Assembly (NCBI GenBank): GCA_035305265.1
Contig: DATGPC010000050.1
Coordinates: 1-61,023, forward strand
Direction: 5' to 3'
Source of the DNA: Thermomicrobiales bacterium
GTDB lineage: Bacteria > Chloroflexota > Chloroflexia > Thermomicrobiales > UBA6265
DNA length: 61,023 bases
Shown here: piece by piece, positions 56,689 to 61,023 of the stretch
How the letters are laid out: each line of letters starts with the position of its first letter
Numbering within the stretch: position 1 is the stretch's first letter
Made by a program: the position numbers and the translations under genes
The notes under the pieces: generated by a model
Database searches by the model: none
Seen by the model: the letters and a program-made list of their open reading frames with translations, nothing else
What the model was told of the DNA's origin: nothing

Positions 56689-57783
56689 CTAGCACATCGT
56701 GTGCACAAGAAGCGCCTTGTGCATGTGAAGCCGGTTCTCGGCCTGGTCGAAGATCACCGACTGCGCACCATCGGCGACGTCGGCGGCGACTTCCTCGTCC
56801 CGGTGCATCGGCAGGCAGTGCATGAAGATCGCATCCGGCGCGGCCTTGGCCATGACATCGGACGTCACCTTGTACGGCGCGAGCGCAACGGCCCGGTTCG
56901 CGGCATCCATCTGGCCCATGCTGACGTGCACGTCGGTATAGACCGCGTTGGCGTCCTTCGCTGCCTCATACGGATCCGTCGTGACCTCGATCGTGGCGCC
57001 GGTGGACGAGGCGATCCACTGCGCGTGCTTCACCACGGCAGGATCGACCTGGTAGTTGGATGGGGCGGCGACCGAGACGCTGACGCCCATCGCGGCGCCG
57101 GAAAGCATGAGCGACGACGCCATATTGTTGCCGTCCCCGAGGTAGGCCAGCTTCAGCCCCTTCAGCTCTCCAAAGTTCTCCTGGAGCGTCATGAGGTCGG
57201 CCAGCGCCTGCAGCGGATGGCAGAGATCGGAAAGACCGTTCATGACCGGGATGGTCGCGGACGTCGCAAGCTGGATGAGGTCGTTGTGGTCCGCGACGCG
57301 GGCAACGATGGCATCCACGTACCGGCTGAGGATCTGCGCCGTATCGCCGATCGTCTCCCCCCGCTTCATCTGCAGGTCATTCACGCCGAGGAAGATCGCC
57401 TGGCCACCCAGCTGCGCCATGCCCGCCTCGAGCGAGACGCGGGTCCGGGTGCTCGGGTGCTGGAAGATGAGGCCAAGGGTCTTTCCGGTCAGGTAATGAT
57501 GCGGCTGGCCGGTCTTGGCGAGTCGCTTCAGCCGAACAGCGGTATCGACCAGCTCGGCGATCTCGTCCGGCGTGAGGTCGGTGTCGACCAGCACATGCCG
57601 CCCCCGCAGCCGGGTGCTGACGGAGAACGCCGGCAATGACTGCACCTGCGGGCCGCCGAGCAGCGAGGTGCGGTCCGACGCCGGGCCGGAGAGCTTCTGG
57701 CTCACGGACGGCACGGACCGAAGCTCCGGCGTGACATGCGGCAGGGCGGAATCGTCGACTGTGGTGGTGACCTGGTTCTGCAT
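56689..57783 (-). CDS. Ornithine carbamoyltransferase-like protein (copy 2, about 65-aa N-terminal extension)
   Basis: FQHPSTRTR, MKRGETIGDTA, HPLQALAD, GDGNNM, DVHVSMG and HCLPMHRDEEV. AAGGGAG RBS 6 nt before ATG 57783. Confidence 0.8.
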   Translation of the reverse strand: MQNQVTTTVDDSALPHVTPELRSVPSVSQKLSGPASDRTSLLGGPQVQSLPAFSVSTRLRGRHVLVDTDLTPDEIAELVDTAVRLKRLAKTGQPHHYLTGKTLGLIFQHPSTRTRVSLEAGMAQLGGQAIFLGVNDLQMKRGETIGDTAQILSRYVDAIVARVADHNDLIQLATSATIPVMNGLSDLCHPLQALADLMTLQENFGELKGLKLAYLGDGNNMASSLMLSGAAMGVSVSVAAPSNYQVDPAVVKHAQWIASSTGATIEVTTDPYEAAKDANAVYTDVHVSMGQMDAANRAVALAPYKVTSDVMAKAAPDAIFMHCLPMHRDEEVAADVADGAQSVIFDQAENRLHMHKALLVHTMC

Positions 57784-58103
57784 GGTGGACTCCCTTTGGT
57801 TCTGGTTCTTTCCTGCGAAAAGCCGCAGACGCCAGGTCGACTGGCCAATATGGCCTGTCGAACCAAAGGGGCGAGAGACGTCGAATCCCGCGGTACCACC
57901 CTTCTTGCGCGGCGAGCGCCACGCATCTCTCGGCTGTTGCTTCCATGGGAGCCACCCATCCGGACCTACTTGCGCGAACGCGCTTTCTTCGGCCGGCCGC
58001 TCATGGGCGCGTTCGGCGATCCTGCGCTGGTCCCGGGCTTCCACCGTCCCCGGGTCGCTATGGCGCATGAACCGCGTACTGGTCCCAGTCATCGCGGGCG
58101 GTG
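57784..58103 (-). promoter_or_regulatory. T-box riboswitch leader, Arg specifier (CGC), with predicted SD sequestration
   Basis: Minus strand: GAUGA K-turn (about 58093..58089), AGUA (58080..58077), AG bulge AGCGA (58059..58055), distal loop GGUGGAA (58045..58039), specifier GAA-CGC-G (58014..58008). T-box core AAGAAGGGUGGUACCGCGGG (57906..57887). CCUUUGGUUC (57869..57860) is complementary to GAACCAAAGG (57802..57793), which covers the SD. Confidence 0.85.
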
Positions 58104-58589
58104 TCCCGACAAACGGACACCAGGCACATGAGGTTGTGAGAAAAGACGAAGTTGCGGAAAGCGCTAACGGTGTTCGGCCGCTAGCGCGTCGTACGGTCGC
58201 GACGCGCGAGCGGCGTTCGGGGATGGAGGGCAGGTGACCATCCCAACACCTTGCTTGTACTGGAATCTGTGCTGATCATCGTGTGCTCCGTTGAGGAGAT
58301 AGGAAAACCGAAGGATCGACAACCCGAAAACGTTACGGACGGCGACGAGGCTCGTCCGCAGGCCTGGGCCTGGGGTCGATACGACGATCGGTTCGACGGA
58401 GCATGGTCATGATGGTCAAATACTTTCTTGCGTGCCGTTTGAGTTCCACAAACAGCGATTCGGCGTCCACGAGACACCCCACCCGGCACTCGCGATCTCC
58501 CAATCGGGATGGCATGTCACGAGCACGAGGTCAGCGTAATGGACCACGAACGCGGATGTCAAGTGAAAGAGCCATCGCCGGGCCGATGG

Positions 58590-58842
58590 CTATTCGTCAT
58601 CGTCCCCGAAGAGCGTCAGGGACCACGCTTCGCGGTTGATCTCCGTCGCGTAGCCAGAGGGGCGCATGATGAGCCCACCACCGCTGGTCGTCGCCACCGG
58701 CACCGTCTCGCCGATCTCGGTTGGGCATCAGCCCTGCATCCACACGACAGGATCGGTCTCTTCAATTTCACGCGTAGAGCATCGCAATCGTTTCACATAA
58801 ACCGACCAGCGCATCCTTCATCCGCCCGCAATCAATAGTCAT
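58590..58842 (-). pseudogene. Possible decayed small gene (one frameshift plus one in-frame TGA)
   Basis: ATG 58842 gives MTIDCGRMKDALVGLCETIAMLYA then a stop. A shifted frame continues REIEETDPVVWMQG-TGA-CPTEIGETVPVATTSGGGLIMRPSGYATEINREAWSLTLFGDDDE to TAG 58592..58590. A hairpin GCCATCG/CGATGGC plus a T-rich tail follows. Confidence 0.3.
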
Positions 58843-58942
58843 TGTTCGTAGTCGTGTCTAAATTTGTCTTTGTTATGCGTCTTAACTAGTGAAGACATCT
58901 TTGGTCTTCGTCGCATTGGTTTTCGCTCGGAGGAGAGATGCA

Positions 58943-59707
58943 ATGAGCGCGGAACGGAATGAGATGATTATTCGTGCCAGTATTTCTGACATCGCAGGAG
59001 TTGCCGACAGAGACGAGAGACCTCTGGAGATTGGCTACTACCTCGCCTTCGATGATCGCTGTGGTACTTGCATTTATCTCGCTCAAGAGATTCGAAAGAT
59101 CACCTCGAAGATAGCCACGATCGGCTTCTCTGATCGAAGAGTCTCTGCCCTACTCCAGGAACTAGAAATGGATGAGTCTATGATTCGTCCAACTATGTTT
59201 CGCGTGGAATCGAGAGAAACCCAAGCCTGGACTGGTTATGGCCTGATGGCAAAACTAGCCACTGTACTTGGCCCGCGAGACTCTTTCAGAATCGCTCGCT
59301 TGATCGGCGACATGGAAGCGTCACGGTCAACTGATGACTCCACAAAGTCGAGGCTGCTGCGCAGGGATTTTGTCAAGGGCTTGGCAGGAGCGGCTGCGGG
59401 ATTAGCCTTGGTCAACACAGCGCGATCTAGTGCTTCAGCCGATGATTTGTCCAATTGCGAGAGCTGGGTGCCCGACTCTGTAGCCCACAATTACAACTAC
59501 ATTGTGGAAGAACCCGCTAACTGCCGTCGCTGCCCATACACGTGGTCCCCAGAAGCAACGACGCTGAGCCAAGGTGTAGTGGTAGGCGTCCGAGAAATGG
59601 TGGCGAGTCAGGATGCCTTCGGAATCGGTAACCCGTATTGGTTCCGGACCCGTGGTCAAAAAGGCTGTTGGGTGTACGGGCCGCTTCTGAGCGACAACCC
59701 GGTTTAG
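58943..59707 (+). CDS. Hypothetical two-part protein: N-terminal CxxC domain, internal twin-arginine signal, Cys-containing C-terminal domain
   Basis: GGAGGAG RBS before ATG 58943. FDDRCGTCIYLAQEI CxxC motif. Residues about 124-165 (counted from ATG 58943), MEASRSTDDSTKSRLLRRDFVKGLAGAAAGLALVNTARSSASA, form a complete Tat signal in frame (ATG 59312). Low-GC region. Confidence 0.6.
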   Translation: MSAERNEMIIRASISDIAGVADRDERPLEIGYYLAFDDRCGTCIYLAQEIRKITSKIATIGFSDRRVSALLQELEMDESMIRPTMFRVESRETQAWTGYGLMAKLATVLGPRDSFRIARLIGDMEASRSTDDSTKSRLLRRDFVKGLAGAAAGLALVNTARSSASADDLSNCESWVPDSVAHNYNYIVEEPANCRRCPYTWSPEATTLSQGVVVGVREMVASQDAFGIGNPYWFRTRGQKGCWVYGPLLSDNPV

Positions 59708-59733
59708 AGCCCTATTTTCCTGTCCGACTTAAC

Positions 59734-59766
59734 TCGGGCGGCTCGCCTCATTGGCGAGCCGCCCGA
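59734..59766. terminator. Bidirectional terminator hairpin
   Basis: 14-bp perfect stem TCGGGCGGCTCGCC / GGCGAGCCGCCCGA between convergent genes. Confidence 0.75.
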
Positions 59767-59942
59767 ACCGCCTTAGCGACACCGCGGACAGCGATGAGTG
59801 TGACTATTTGAGCCGTTGCCAGAGCCGCGGTCGCGCAACAACGAGACGCTGATACTCAATACAATGCTCCTCGTGCAGGTCCTTTCATGTTCGCTCTAGA
59901 CGCGGTCGTAAAGTAACTGAAACGGTGGCAGATCTGATGGCC

Positions 59943-60509
59943 TCAAAAAGCATCAAAGAGTTGGTTCGCGCTTGCCTGCTCCCATATCTTCTGTTTTATT
60001 CTCGTGAGCCGCTTCGACATACCAGCAACTGAACTGGAATGCCTCTCCGCAAGTTCTCTAGCGCTGAATCCAAAGAGAACATTCTCAATCAGCAGGATCC
60101 GGCTCTCGTGATCCACCATCTGCAATATCACTCCAACGGTTGACTCCCCAAGCACTATTGACGTCACAAATCTCTCCCAGGATTCGTTAGGGACACTCTC
60201 ATCCGGCAAGAGATCCAAACTCACGTTCTGGTTGTCACGCTTTCGTAGATGATCGTGATACTCATTCACGGCGATCGTCTTTGCCCAGCCAAAGAAACTC
60301 CCAGAAATGTGAAGCCGATTGAGCTGAAGGATGCATCTGGTGAGCGCGTTATGAGTGATTTCCTCAGCTAGTACAGGGTCTTCCGTTCTTGAAACGACTA
60401 CGGGATACGTCCTCTTGACACCTTGCTCGTACAGCAATTCGCAAGCATGCTCGTTACCTGCGAGACATCGCTTAACAAATACAGCAATAGCATCTGTCGC
60501 CGTGTCCAT
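59943..60509 (-). CDS. ECF-type sigma-70 family sigma factor
   Basis: Region 2 FFGWAKTIAVNEYHDHLRKR and region 4 HTH FSARELAERHSSSVAGMSKRLTRIKQKI. Low-GC codon usage. Confidence 0.75.
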   Translation of the reverse strand: MDTATDAIAVFVKRCLAGNEHACELLYEQGVKRTYPVVVSRTEDPVLAEEITHNALTRCILQLNRLHISGSFFGWAKTIAVNEYHDHLRKRDNQNVSLDLLPDESVPNESWERFVTSIVLGESTVGVILQMVDHESRILLIENVLFGFSARELAERHSSSVAGMSKRLTRIKQKIWEQASANQLFDAF

Positions 60510-60609
60510 AGTGCCCCCGCTCGTTGTCGTAATTTTCCGGTGACTACATCTTGCAAGGGCTATGTCTGAATGTCAATAGGTATGAGGGCGAAATCTTGGC
60601 GTTCGATCC

Positions 60610-60852
60610 CTAAGATGTGCCGTTGCCGACACAGGAAAGGATACGCCGCCAGAGAGCGTACTCTGGAGAACTCACAGCGCCCGAGCTTTCTTGAACACGA
60701 TCCGCCCAATGATGAAACTGCTCTGCAACGTCAGTGAGCTTTTTGGCTCTCTTTTCCGAGGCTGCAACGTTACTCGCCTCTACGGTTATTTCCCTGTGAT
60801 TCAGATAATCGTTCAGCGGTCCCTGAACGTAGTCTTCACCTTTATGCATCAT
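60610..60852 (-). CDS. Hypothetical small protein (80 aa) upstream of the sigma factor
   Basis: GGGGGAGG RBS before ATG 60852. No recognisable motif. Confidence 0.45.
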   Translation of the reverse strand: MMHKGEDYVQGPLNDYLNHREITVEASNVAASEKRAKKLTDVAEQFHHWADRVQESSGAVSSPEYALWRRILSCVGNGTS

Positions 60853-61023
60853 TGCGTACCTCCCCCCTGAGGACGTTAGCCAGTCGCATCATCTGCATTA
60901 CCGAAATGGCCCTCCACATGGAAAGCGATTGTTGGTTCTTACACCTGATAACGGAATATCATCGAAGCGGGTATCAAATTGATTCGGCGTCAGTTATTCT
61001 GCGCAATCAGAAGCCACCTCGTA

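Noticed and set aside
58590-58842. The in-frame TGA followed by TGC in the decayed ORF might be a selenocysteine codon.
   Set aside because: A frameshift is also needed upstream. I see no SECIS-like hairpin immediately downstream of the TGA, and nothing else suggests a selenoprotein. Decay is the simpler explanation.

Overview
High-GC bacterial chromosome segment (bacterial L25/Ctc, Shine-Dalgarno sites, T-box leaders). It is densely packed with about 65 protein genes, mostly housekeeping and transport. I recognised no rRNA, tRNA, CRISPR array, transposase or integrase. The most interesting region is 47.1-58.1 kb on the minus strand. It holds a LysW amino-group-carrier pathway (lysW, lysX-like x2, lysZ, lysY, lysJ, lysK) and two tandem ornithine-carbamoyltransferase paralogues. 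It also holds a third LysX-like ATP-grasp paralogue that has lost its nucleotide and metal motifs. The region is split into two units, each preceded by a T-box riboswitch leader. In both leaders the 3' strand of the antiterminator-like helix overlaps a segment complementary to the Shine-Dalgarno site, so control looks translational. One leader carries a clean Arg (CGC) specifier. The other has a non-canonical specifier loop that can be read as AAG, GGU or GAA. A conserved hairpin recurs three times in the spacers of this cluster. The right end (about 58.7-61.0 kb) is visibly AT-richer. It carries an ECF-type sigma factor, a protein with a twin-arginine signal in its middle, and a decayed small gene. 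Other notable items are a solitary Mod-like DNA methyltransferase, an FRG-domain gene, a DUF2089/SHOCT/DUF4097 operon with a near-consensus promoter, tandem secreted paralogues, and a phosphatidylinositol-type lipid gene pair. Start codons were chosen by eye from RBS context and are less certain than the gene calls.
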